A DNA stretch of 64,000 bases, from the NCBI RefSeq assembly GCF_026571515.1, contig NW_026853051.1, forward strand, positions 1 through 64,000, in the 5' to 3' direction. The first letter of the stretch is position 1; each line of letters starts with the position of its first letter. The position numbers were made by a program, and so were the translations under genes. The notes under the pieces are model-generated. The model saw nothing but the letters and a program-made list of their open reading frames with translations, was not told the origin of the DNA and did not search any database. Of the stretch, positions 10,131 to 23,100 are shown piece by piece. This DNA comes from Ruditapes philippinarum (Eukaryota).

Positions 10131-11052
10131 GCATGTGCTACCACGTTTTTGCAAACCGTTGCCGGGGCAAAAACAGTTATAGTAAAGACATTTAGTAGTT
10201 TTAACTCGAAACACATAGACATTTTCAATAGGTTAAATAATTAAAATGCTTTTATCCAGCCATGGCCGTTTTCACGCCAACACGTATTTTTATTAATAAA
10301 TATTAGTACGTTTTTTAAACTGATTTCTCTTTTCCTTTATTCCCAAGTTGTAATGTTTGAATAATATTTGATTTATCCGCTAGAGGATTAAATCTTTTAT
10401 TCAAATCTTACAAACTTAACATTTTTATTATAACACCCCAGTAGGGCCTCAAAAAGAGTTGTCAGGGGAGACAACCTACACTGGATTATGTCATATATAA
10501 GGCAGAAAAAATTCTGGGAACGGTCTTTCATTCGTGGACACCATAGAAGAGGTAGACTAGTTTATCGTTAAAAAATCTAAATTAAAAAAATCAAATATTG
10601 AATCCCACCACAAACCCACCCGTTCAATTTCTTTGTTTTTGCTCTCTTCCTTTTTTTTATATTTTCAGATAACACTATTAACACGTCATGGCTGGAACAG
10701 AAAGATACAGAAACAGGAGAATGCTTATAAGTCTCAGCGACCGTTATCGGAGCTGATCAATTTGTAAAACAGACATGTTAAAGTGATTTCATCATCTGTA
10801 CCTGTGTACCTTGAGTTGAAGCATGTGCTACCACGTTTTTGCAACCGTTGCCGGGGCAAAAACAGTTATAGTAAAGACATTTAGTAGTTTTAACTCGAAA
10901 CACATAGACATTTCAATAGGTTAAATAATTAAAATGCTTTTATCCAGCCATGGCCGTTTTCACGCCAACACGTTTTTATTAATAAATATTAGTACGTTTT
11001 TTAAACTGATTTCTCTTTTCCTTTATTCCCAAGTTGTAATGTTTGAATAATA
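10131..11052 (+). repeat. Ngaro 3' repeat block B1-A2-(217-bp spacer)-B2
   Basis: B1 10131-10366 and B2 10821-11052 differ only by short indels. A2 spans 10363-10603 and the unique spacer spans 10604-10820. Confidence 0.93.
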
Positions 11053-11816
11053 AATCATCCGGTAAAAGACACAGAAAAGCTTTGATTTTTGTTTTGTTTT
11101 TATTATCAACGATTAACCTTATAAATCTTATCAAAGCAATGTCAGATATTATCAAACTTTCTGAACAAATAGCTAACCTACTTTATGTTGTTGACAATAC
11201 ACAGGTTTTTGTTGACAATACTGTACAACTATGAGAATAGTCGATATGTCGATAATGATGATTGAAAAAGACGGATACACAATAGATCTGCTCAAATTAC
11301 ATTTTATTAGACCGTTAATGTCAGATGGTGGCTGTAGAAGGCCATATTACGGCAACTTGACGATAATGATTGTATTAAAGTCTGACTGATAATAGAACAT
11401 CGCAGAAATTGCGACAAACTAATAGAATAATTGATTTATGGAGACAGCTCTTCGCTAATTGTTTTCGCATTAACTAACAGTTTTTTTTCCAAGAAAATAT
11501 TCGCAGCTGTATCTAGCGCATATAAAATAACAACCTCTGGTAAATACTGGAAATAACCAGAAATAAGATGTCGATGGCTGGTTGATGATTTTGCGGATTG
11601 TTCTTTTTTCCTAATGTGTAGAGTAACAAAATGTTTTTCCAAAGAAGACAAAAATGCATACTATGAAAATGTTTGAAAATATCATAATTGAAAAAAACGA
11701 ATGGACTAGTTACCTTCTTAAAACCTATCAGATATCAATTTTATGCACAGATACATCAGGACACGTGTCATCATAAAGTGAATATAAGAAAGATTACAGT
11801 GCACATATATACCATT

Positions 11817-12249
11817 TTATTACCCTTCCAGATATTTTCCGCCTTTTTGATTGGATATTGATCACCCGTAAAAAATTGATATTACCGAGCCAGACGGGTT
11901 ATATACACACTAAATTTTCCCGTTTGGTACCTCATGTTGTAAACAACATGCACTGTGGCGATGCGCGTACGGTTTGTTTTTAGGCGATGTAAATTCCGAT
12001 TTAAAAGCACTTTTTACTGTCAAATGATAAATATTTACCAAAATAGAGTAATGATACACATTCTCATCAGTATTGAAAACAAATATGACCTTGTGAAAGC
12101 TTGATATTAATTCCAAAAAAGTGCGTTCAACAGACTACTCCTTTTCTCTTGTTTACAAGAGCCTAACAAGAGCCTAACGGCTCGGGTGATATAAAATCTT
12201 GACAGGTAATATATCCACATATATCACTCCAAAACCAAAATAACATATA
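11817..12249 (+). mobile_element. Internally deleted copy of the TSD-less hairpin element seen at 38370-38963
   Basis: Same termini (ttattacccttcc...aaataacatata) and high similarity. It lacks the left hairpin arm, and acaagagccta is duplicated at the deletion junction. Confidence 0.85.
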
Positions 12250-13633
12250 TTGTTAACATTCTAACGTCTATATCATCTTCCACGTAGAAACCATTGAAAG
12301 TATCTTATCAAACAATTGTTCCAGTTATAAGTCTTCTACACTCTGACATTCTCAAACAGTTTTAGAATCACGGTACACATATACATCCATTAGTTTAAAA
12401 GGATACGGTGATATTATCGTGTCGTTTTGCTTAGCAACGCAGTTATGTACTTACTTTGAAGTGGAAATATTTCAATCAGGGATGTTCATTAATTAACACT
12501 TTCATTTCATCTACTTTGTTTCTTATTTAAATGATAAGTATAAAATTGTAATTGTTCTTGTGTTCACAGTTGTATTAACCAGTATCACATTTCTGCAACT
12601 TTTGTTTGTTTAATAGCGTAAGGCAGCAGTTTTAGAAATCAATGTGTATGTTTTGGGGGTGGAAATTTTACACATATACTGAACCAAAAAAGAACTTTCG
12701 CAATGTATGTGCCAGTTGTTCAAGGGTACCACTTAGATGTACACACTTATATACATGTAGTAGCTTGTAAAACACAGTATATTTCCATAACATGCTTGTG
12801 TTACATATGTACATGCTCTTTAATTTTAAGCTGTTAACTTGAAGTGTAAATATAGTTATAAGTCAGGTTCGTTCCATATGAAGCAATAAATATGATACCC
12901 TGTTTAGAGGAAGCCATATATTGAATATCCACTTCTTATATAACGCATTTTCAGAAACATTAATCTTGCCATTAAAGTAACACAGTTAGTGGGTATTGTC
13001 ATCATTATTCAAGAATTCTTTCTTATGCTATTCTTTAGTTGTATTTCACTTTAAGTAAGGTAATATATTTTAAAGTTGTATGTATTTAACTTCAACCAAA
13101 ATCTATTCTTACCAACTATGTAAGTATGATAGGGTTAACTTTAAATTTTAAATTTATAGTAAATTGAAGTTACCATTAGTAAGCGACGATATTTAGCGAA
13201 GTCTAGAATGTAAAACACCATCACCATGAACAGATGGTCGATCCTCCAATCCGAATATTTCAAGAGTAGCTTACTCTGTAAAACACAGACGTACATATCG
13301 TTGCCGCCACCCAGTACTATGATATTTATTGAGGAGTTGCCTGTAGGCTAATTACTTTATGAAGTTATTTAATGGAATATTAACTACTATATGTATTGAT
13401 TTTGTCTCCAAGAGACAATACAAGATTCCTTCACCGATTGATGATACTACTAACTTTCGATGGCGCCAGCTTTTACATAGGCGATAAGAGCAGCTGGGAG
13501 TTATTTTTGAAATAAGAAAAACTGTTGTGTCAGGATATTTCCTGATTGGTATGTGACTTTAAAAATATTCTGATATCTCTTTTGATAAGTTCGGATGCCT
13601 TTCGAAGGATGTTCCATTTTTATTTAACATCAG

Positions 13634-13662
13634 CAACAACAACAACAACAACAACAACAACA
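13634..13662 (+). repeat. (CAA)n microsatellite
   Basis: Direct read; a second imperfect tract lies at ~14684-14720. Confidence 0.9.
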
Positions 13663-15033
13663 GCATCATCATTTGCTGTATCTATTTTTTATTTTAATAT
13701 CGTGACTATTAAAGGAATAAAATAACATATTATAAATTTTACAAAACATCGGAAACAAAACGCGACTGATGAGTTTCCTGATTTTTATTTTACGATGTAT
13801 TGTGAGTTTTTTTTAGAGCATGAACTTTATACAGATGTTTAAAGTGGTATCTTCAAGACACTTAAATGACTTATTTACCCTAGCAGCTTCAAGTGGATAT
13901 AAGGTCAGAAAATCAATGATGACAGCCACTTGACAAACGACGCTCGCCAAATGCTTACTAAGTATTAGAGTATTCATAAATAATTTCAAAACAAAGTGAT
14001 ATGCTATTTTCCTGAACAAAATAAAAACATTTTGTTTTATACTGATCTGTATCTACATGCAAATGGGTTAAGTTAGCCCTAAGCTCCATGCTTTTTGTGA
14101 AATGAACGAAGGAAAATAAAATAATAAAAAACAAATTACGGTCTGGTCATTTATTGAATTTATTCGCTCACCAGTATGTTGCGGCAGCTATTCCCGACTG
14201 ACCGTTCTAATATGAGTTAAGACCAAATAGAATGATTAATTCCTATCTCAATCGTCCATACGGGATTTTATCATCTATTATGAAATAACGTAAAATGATA
14301 TAAAATCTGTCAGAAAATCTTATTCTGCCCGCATGTGAATCAGTTTTATATTCATTCATGACGACAGTAAATAGGTTCATGCAGAAATTGAAAAAAGCAA
14401 AAACACCTTCTTTAATTCTTCTTATTCCTTAGTATTGGTTATATTATATGGTTATAGTGAAAAACTATGACAATCAAGGTTTCAATTAACACAATCTCAT
14501 ATACATGTACAAAAGAAGGCATCGTTATGAATAAAACTGATGTTTCCGATTTCTTAAAAACATTTATACTAAAGGATGTTTCATATAATACCATGGACTA
14601 CTTTAATTACAATTCAATCTAATAAACATAATTGTTTTATGATTTATTAAAAATATAAGTAGAATAATCATTAAGGAAAGAAAACAACAACAATAAAACA
14701 ACAACAACAACAACAACAAAATAACAAGAAATAAACTGACAGATAGTTTCTAAATGGATTGCGATTAGAACTACTACTTTGAATGGTTGCCTCGTCATGT
14801 TAAATACTGCTTAAGTCGGTGCTAGGTGGCGTGTACGGTAATCATACCTTCCAATAAAAATGTATTGTTTGCACATATTATAATCCTTAGAAGGATGTAA
14901 CTAATAGTGAACAACCTTTACCAAACAATAAAACCCACACAAACCTTTGCCATCCCGAAATCTGTCCAGGTTCTTAAAGATCATTAAGTTACTGAAAATC
15001 CTAACAATATACATCATTTTATGATATTTTCAG

Positions 15034-15216
15034 GTACATTTACAGCGGGACTTACTGTATTATGTGGAAGCACAATTAGATTTAAAGACATGACAGAACA
15101 GAAGATCATATTTTCAAACACGTGGGTGGCGTTTTTACAATTCATTACAGCGTTCCTTTTCCTGCTTGGTTGGATATGGAGTATAGTATGGGGCGTGGCT
15201 TTCATCACAATATCCA
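15034..15216 (+). CDS. stum: stum/SPEC3-like protein, internal exon (transmembrane hairpin)
   Basis: Acceptor ttttcag|G and donor A|GTAAGT, both phase 1. Translates (G)TFTAGLTVLCG...VAFLQFITAFLFLLGWIWSIVWGVAFITIS, containing the stum-family LQxxT...GWIWSIxWG signature. Confidence 0.9.
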
Positions 15217-15699
15217 GTAAGTTAACATTTTTAAGTTCTTATTTCATTGATCACGTAAATCTATGAATATGTATTTAGGAAAAAAATAAACGTACTTCAG
15301 ATTACTCTTTTACAACTTGATATTATTTGCGAGCTTCATATTAATTTATATTTGAGAAGAGACATACAAATTCTTATACTATTGATACTATCTGATCGTG
15401 TAATATGAATGTATATTAGAAAATGAATATACACGTATATAGTTAAAGAGGAGCTATTTTTTCCCATCAAATAACATTTTCGTACAACCCGATAGGATTA
15501 GCTTCATATTTATTTTTTGAGAAGAGTTAAATTACCAAGCTGTATTATAATTGTAATATTTCAATAATTTTTATTTGAAACGATCCAGATCAAATATTGC
15601 AGATTTGAGTTTATTTATGTTTTCCTACAGCTATTGAATATGCTTGTATTCAGTTCATAAATGAGGAAAGCTTCATGCTTATAATATTTTATTTTTCAG

Positions 15700-16001
15700 C
15701 TGATTACTTCAAAAATTTCAAAAGAGAAAACCACAAAAGTAAATTTCCACTTGGTGAGTCACTAGATTTAGGCCATTCAAATGGTTCTACATCGACCGGA
15801 ATCAACAAAACTGGTAGTTCCCAAGGTCTTAATAGTTCGCGCTCACACCTTCAAAAACCTATCATGCTTCGCTCTTCATCAGCAGATCAGCCTTCTCATC
15901 CACTCATTGTATTACAGAAAGCACCTGTCTCAAGTCATTCAGAAACATCGTTAGCAAAATGTAACATTTACCATGAACCAAAAGCGCGCCAACACCAGTG
16001 A
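15700..16001 (+). CDS. stum: stum-like terminal exon, Ser-rich tail (frame continues past TGA to TAA at 16173-16175)
   Basis: Acceptor atttttcag|C in phase 1, in frame with the previous exon. The frame is open to TGA 15999-16001. Confidence 0.7.
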
Positions 16002-17189
16002 CATCAGAAACACCTATGCTCAGATGAAGAATTATCTCCACTGAATCTTGAACAAATAGTTATTCATAATCTCCCTAAAGCTCCTGTGCGACGTGGAATA
16101 TTGAGACGTGAAGAAACTATTACAAGCAATGCAAGTTCTGTATCATTTTCAGATGTAGATAATCTTTGCTCATAATTTTTTTCTATGTATCTCCATTGTG
16201 CAACTTTTGCTGTTACAGATTTGCAATTAAATGGCGATTTTTTTATTATGTACATATATATTTGATACACATTTACTATATAAAATCCACGAGATATATC
16301 CTACACATAGCAAAACATTCTAATTTTAGGCTTTGTTCATTATGTTATTGACTGATAGCAGTTTGTTAAAATAATGTGTTTCAAAGAGCATATTTAACCA
16401 GATCATCTTAAGAAGAAAGAGTGCGGAAACGACAGTGTTAATTGATTCTTGATTGATCGAATTATTTCCGTGATAATCGATTTCCGTTTGCATTATCAAT
16501 CATCTTTGTCTCATGTACATATTTTTATTTCAACTCATTGTGAAATTTAAGATTTGATCTATTATCCTCTGTTTGTAATATCCAATAACTTTAATGAAAA
16601 TATTCATCCTTATATTGTATTTTGTGCTAAGTCGTCATTTACAATTATATATTTTCACGAATCCATTGTTATCTTTTATGTAATTTTGACTAAATGTAAA
16701 AATGTTGATTATTTGGTTTAATTTTTATTCATTCTAATGTATCAAATCCTAAATAAGTTTGCAGTTGTCAGATATATATTCTTTCTATTACACAACTTGA
16801 AGACAAACGTAAGGACATTTGGGGCTGTGAGAATATGTCTATGTAAGGCATGATTCTTCGCGCAACTAAATTTGAAAAAATGCTGTATAACATACATGCT
16901 TAGATTTATTAATACTAATCTAGATCTACATACTTGACGATCAATTGATGCCTTAATTTAATGTACCCATGTAATTGTTCTGTATCTTCTTGCATTATAT
17001 ACACGTGTATGTAAAAATGCTGCAGAATTTTCATCAGTGAGACACCCTTATTGTCAAAGTATCTACTTACGAATGAATAATGAGTTAGACATTAACTTTA
17101 ACATTGACATTTTCTTCATATCGATCTTTAAAATGAACCTTTGAAGATTATATCATTTTATAATCTGAAATACTAGTATGAGGAAAATA

Positions 17190-20100
17190 ATGTTCTAAAT
17201 AAGTAAAAATTACAAGCTTCTGTCTTAAACATTTACTTTTGTTTTGTAATTGTTAATTAGCCATTCATCGTTCTTTCATCCGTCAAGATTTACCTTTCCG
17301 GTTTGGTATTCCACTGAGTGTTTTTCTGATCGGTTCTGTAGGTCTGGAGGTTATAATGAACTGTTATCTTTTTGTTGGTTTTACCTGAATGTTATCATGA
17401 ACTGCGTTCCTTGAACTTTGCCTTCCTGTTCGGTACTACACTGAGCGTCTTTCCGGTGATCATGTAGGATTGGACGCTATTAGGGACTGTGTTCTTTACG
17501 ATGATCTTTTAGAGCTGTAAGTTATTATGGACCGTGGTCTTTTTCGGTAATACCGTAGTGCTGTCTGTTATCATAGACTGTGGCTTTCCGTTGGTCCTGT
17601 AGGTTTGTTTGTTGTTATTGACTGTGACATTTCGGTGGATCTGTAGGGATGTATGAAATTGCAATAGACAAAGCATTAAGTTAGTTTTCCTAAGCAGATT
17701 CTTGGTCATTCTTCTTGTTCTTTGTCGTTTTCTTCTATTTTGTATGTGGATAATTATTATACAGCCTTTTAATGAAAAGGACCTTTTGTCGTGATAAGCT
17801 TATTAGGAATTACATTGGTTCATTAAATCAAATAAATCTTCTGTCGGAAAGCATTAGATACACTATAAGAAATTTATCAGCATGTTATTGTTCGAGCAGT
17901 AATATTATATTACACATATCAATAACAGCTGTTGTTCTAACAAAACAATCGAGTTTTCAATCAAATGTTACCTAGTGCCCTGTTTGTAATAATTTGCTGT
18001 AGAATATATGCTTTTTTACAGCTTACGTGTAGACATGTAAAATATCGCTTTATGGAGCTCCATTGAGATCGAAAGCCTAAAAAGGAAATATAAAAATCTT
18101 ACATACATCAAATGGGACAATTAAAACGGAAATAAGTGCATTCGATACTAAGTGCAATTCTTATGGTGTTAAAGCGATTATCATTTTAGGTTATTTTACA
18201 CTATAAAAATGATATCTCGATAATTGGAATGATCGAATGATCTCAAATTTTGCATAGCTATCGACATAGATCTTCACTAAATGGTATTATACATATACAT
18301 GTATATAAGATTTCTGTCCAGTCATGTTAAAAATCTCAGTGCAGTACATGTTTTATATAATTGCCTAAAATATGTGACAAAATCAGATGACAAAACCATG
18401 TTTTTTCCAGATATATTATTTTGTTGTGGTTATATAAAAAGCTCATGATATCAGTCTTATCAAAGCAATGTCCGACACAAACGTTCAAAACAAATAACTT
18501 ATCTACTCTAGATTGTTGACAAAACAAGATTTTAGTTGACAATACTGTTCAAACCATCAGGTGAATCGATATGTCGATAATAATGATTGAAAAGGACAAA
18601 TACACAGAATATTTACTTATAATTATCCATAGGGACACTACATTATTAGCATTAGTACTTGATTATTTGTGGTACACCAGTTATGGTGAGTGGGAGGTAT
18701 CATTAAATATACTATATATGTTCTAACGGCTCTGGTGATATAAAATCTTGACAGGTAATATATCCACATATATTATTCAAAAATCCAAAAAATAAATTAA
18801 CATAGATAAAATGTTCTCTTACGAAATTTCCATTTCATTACCATTTCATGTTAGGTAGGAATGCCTCGCTAAATGGACTGATTGATTTAACATAATTCTT
18901 TCAATTAAGAATTTATGTATAGTCTTTATCATATATAACCATTCTGCTAATTCAAGACATCTTAATATAACAATTTTTCCCATTTATTTCATATTTTAAA
19001 AAACATATAAATACAATCATTCACATTTACATACAACATTTATATCTAAATATAGAACATATATCAGCCTAAGTTAAATCCATATCCATTAACCATACAT
19101 TCACTTATTACAATCAAAAAGAAAACATCTCAATCTCAAACTAAGCAAATCAATAATATATCCTGAATTGTTTAGAGACTAAACAAAACTGGCATATAAG
19201 ACGAGCGTCAGATATGAAATTCTTATAGTATTTCAAAAAACATATTGCATTGTAGTTCAGAGTCTCGAATTACTTTTTGCCAGCTGTTGTAATTTTTATG
19301 GTTTCAATTGTTTTTATGCCGTAAAGAGAAATCGAAAACGAAATTTATTCAACAAAGCGTTACAAGATAAATCGTCGTATGCAAGTAGAAGGTGACTAAA
19401 GCCGTTCCGATACTACCAAGACTTCGTTTTTTTTCAATTTTATAAATCACTTAAGATAAGGAAGACTAAATGATTCTCAAACGAGGAGAGCATTTTGAAT
19501 TCTGCTACAGCAGGTGCTAGTGGGCGTTGTTGGTAGCTTGCAATTACCACTATCGTGACATGAGCATTTTATACTTTTTTTACAAGGCAAAGATGTGCTG
19601 AAAAGTGTGTCCATTTTTAAGACGCATTCATTATTATCTTTAAAGCAACGATCTTAACAATTTTATAAAAGGTACAAATTGTAAACATACATTGTAATAA
19701 CTTTGCAGTTATGAAATAGCTATGATTGCTAATAATAAAGCGTTTTGTTATGACATAATTTCGTTTATAATTTGATTAATTATACACAGTCATTGCACGT
19801 CTAGATATTTTAGGAATATTATTTTTTATTCTGTGTACAATACGTTCATCCAGAACATGGCAAACCCTTATGTTTATTGTAATAAAGGGATGTAACTAAT
19901 TATATTGCCCTGTTTATGACTCCAGAGCTACAAATACACAGACTGACATTATAACGATTGGTGTAACTATCTTTGAACACGCACACGAATTTAACGACAT
20001 ATATAAAATATTTCCTTCTGATTTACAAAGCATCAGTTCACGAAGATATGACAATAAAACTAATCAAGGATTGAAAGTATTCTACAAGCAGAGCAGGTTT

Positions 20101-23100
20101 TATCCAACAAGTCTCTATGATTGAAGATGAAGACATAAAGAAAACAACTGCAACAAGACGAGACATTTTTCAGTATTGACACATTCATACCATTAATTTA
20201 AACTTGATGATTCTTGGAAAAGAGATACAATTATAAATTTCGTTAAGTTTTATAGAGTTCAGTTATAGATATTAAATTAATCATTTCAGTTTTGATTATT
20301 TAAATGGTAAATGTTTTATTTTTTTGAATAAATAGCAGTTTGAACTTATGACCAATGTGACAGCTCTTATAGAATAATTGATTGGGATTGATGGTCATGA
20401 CTCATAATAATTTATGCATTGTCCTTGAGATAGTAGTCCCATCAAAATGAGTTGTTTCTCTAGTACTGGGGGCAATCATGTTGTACAAAACTGAAGAATA
20501 AGAAATAGAAATGTGTCTAAGATACTATTATTGATAAAATACTCTTTCCATAATTATATTTCCTAATGTACTGTGTCTTTGATTGATTAACTACATAAGT
20601 CACAGACGTAACTTTATAAGTATACTGACAACTACAGGCTGGGTCAATCCTGACAATTTTGTCAGACAATATATTTTCTACAGAAATCAATATTGTCATA
20701 CACTGTCATATCAAGATACTGTTGACCTGTACATATTATATTATATTTGATATTAGATCTAAACTATTAATGTAACGGTGTCATGATGTTATTGAATTCT
20801 CGTATACTTTGCATAATTTTAACGAGTATTTCTGCTGAAGCATTCATTTTATATAATTACCTCATTAATGAAGAGAAGCATAATGGTTCATAAGGAATAA
20901 TACAATTTGTATAAACGAGAGAAGTACCATAAAGAATAAGTGATTTAGATATACTTCAATCAGCGACATATTACAGTACATTGGGGTTAGATATCATAAA
21001 CAAAATTAAACAGTGAATTGCAATACATTATCTTCTCCTATTTATATTGGCTACTGCGTTAGTAACATAGTATATTATGGAAAAGAAAAAAACCGATATA
21101 TTAACGCTTTTGTCAACATTCTTTCTTGAATCAAGGTATCTGTAATGATGGATTTATACAATAAACCTTACTAGATCAGTATTTACTGTTTACTTGAAAT
21201 TTTATTTCATTTTTTTCATTTTACCATCTGGAGGTCAGTGGCTTTAAAACTCATTGTGTAAACGAAGCTGTCGGTGTACATCGAATCTAGAATAAGAACC
21301 GTCGATTGTTTATTTCCCAGCAAATGTCCGGATCAATGGTCAGCTGTACGATAAATCTTTCGTTTGCTCCCCGTTTTGGATTATATATTTTTATATTATG
21401 TCCATTTATCCTTGGGTCGTCGAAATACAGTGGTAAACATAATTAAGTAAGTTTACAGATATAAGGAAATAGTTTTCAAGTATATGTACACACATTAATA
21501 AATGAAAAAAAATCAAGGAATTGATTGTTTTTAATTTCATTATTATCTTCAAAACAATGATCTAAACAATTTTATAAAAGGAACAAATTATAAACGGACA
21601 TAATAAATAATAACTATGCAATAATGAAATAGTTATGATTGCTGATAATATAGGGTTTTTGTTAAGACATAATTACGTTTATTATTTGAAATAAAGGGTT
21701 AACTGTTCCTTCTGATTTACAAAGCTTCAGTTCATGAAGATATGACAATAATATTCATCAAGGATGGAAGCAGAGCAGGTTTTATTCAACAAGTCCCTAT
21801 GATTGAAGATGAAGACATAAAGAAAAACTCAGCCACAGAACGAGACAGATTTCATTATGAACACATTCATACCATTTGTTTAATCTTAAAGATTCTTGCA
21901 AAAAAGATAACATTATACATTTCATTGAGTTTTTTTGTAGAATTTACTTATAGATTTGAATTAAATCATTTCAGTTTTAATTATCTAAAGGGTAAATGTT
22001 TTATTTTGAATAATTAGCAGTTTGAACTTATGACCAATGTGACAGCTTTTATAGAATAATTGATTGTGATTGCTAGATATGAGTCATAATAATTTATGCA
22101 TTGTCCTTAAGATAGTAGTCCCATCAAAATGAGCTTTTTCTCTAGTACTGGTGGCAATCACGTTGTACAAGACTGTAGAACAAGAAATAGAAATGGGTCT
22201 TAGATATAAGTATTGATAAAGTACTCTTTCCATAATTATATTTCCTAATGCACTGTGTCTTTGATTGATTAACTACATTAGTCACAGACGTAACTACTAG
22301 TATATAAGTATACCGACAACTACAGACTGGGTCAATCGTGACATTTTTGTCCGACAATATATTTTCTACAGAAATCAATAATGTCAAACGAAAATGTTGT
22401 CAAAACAATATACTGTTAACATGTACATTATATATCATATTATATTTGATATAAGATATAAACTAAAAATGTAACGCTATCATGATGTTATTGAATTCTC
22501 GTATAATATGCATAATTTTAACGAGTATTTTTGCTGAAGCATTCATTTTATGTAATCACTTCATTAAGGAGTAGAAGCATAATGGTTCATAAGGAATAAT
22601 ACAATTTGTATGAACGAGAGAAGTACCATACCATAAAATAATAAGTGATTTATATGTACTTCAATTAGCGACATATTGCAGTACATTGGGGTTAGATATC
22701 ATCATCAAAATTAAACAGTGTATTGCAATATATGTGTTTGAGTATTATTTTAAAAATAAATTATGTTTAAACATGTTATAACTTTTACAATGCATTAGTT
22801 TCTTATGTACTTATTCACACATGTTATTGTGTGATTGTATAGTTCAGAAATGTTTCGGTACATTCAATTGAATTTGGCCACTTTGGACAATTGGCAGATA
22901 TGTCAAGAATATGCAAAATATAGAACGCTAAATACAACTGACATTTGAAACTTGTGCTTTATGCAATGTGTACATAAATCTCACTGGTCATGTTAAAATT
23001 CTTATAAACCTTATATAAATGGTCTAAATTTAAACTCATTGTGTAAACTCAGGTGTCGGTGTACATCGAATCTACTAGAATAGTGAGAACTGTCGATTGT

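Larger units (their letters stand above)
4593..11052 (+). mobile_element. Full-length Ngaro-type (DIRS order) tyrosine-recombinase retrotransposon
   Basis: Split direct repeats are A1 4593-4832, B1 10131-10366, A2 10363-10603 and B2 10821-11052. ORF order is gag, RT/RNase H, YR, SGNH hydrolase. There is no conventional TSD, but AATA occurs at both ends and at the B1/A2 junction. Confidence 0.95.

Noticed and set aside
13748-13785. GAAAC...CTGATGA hammerhead-like cores
   Set aside because: Only ~9 nt separate the cores, so stems I and III cannot form.
19990-20200. Recurrent ORF-like block (..SRAGFIQQVSMIEDEDIKK..) in five copies
   Set aside because: The frame is not preserved across copies and no family is recognisable; recurrence is explained by segmental duplication.
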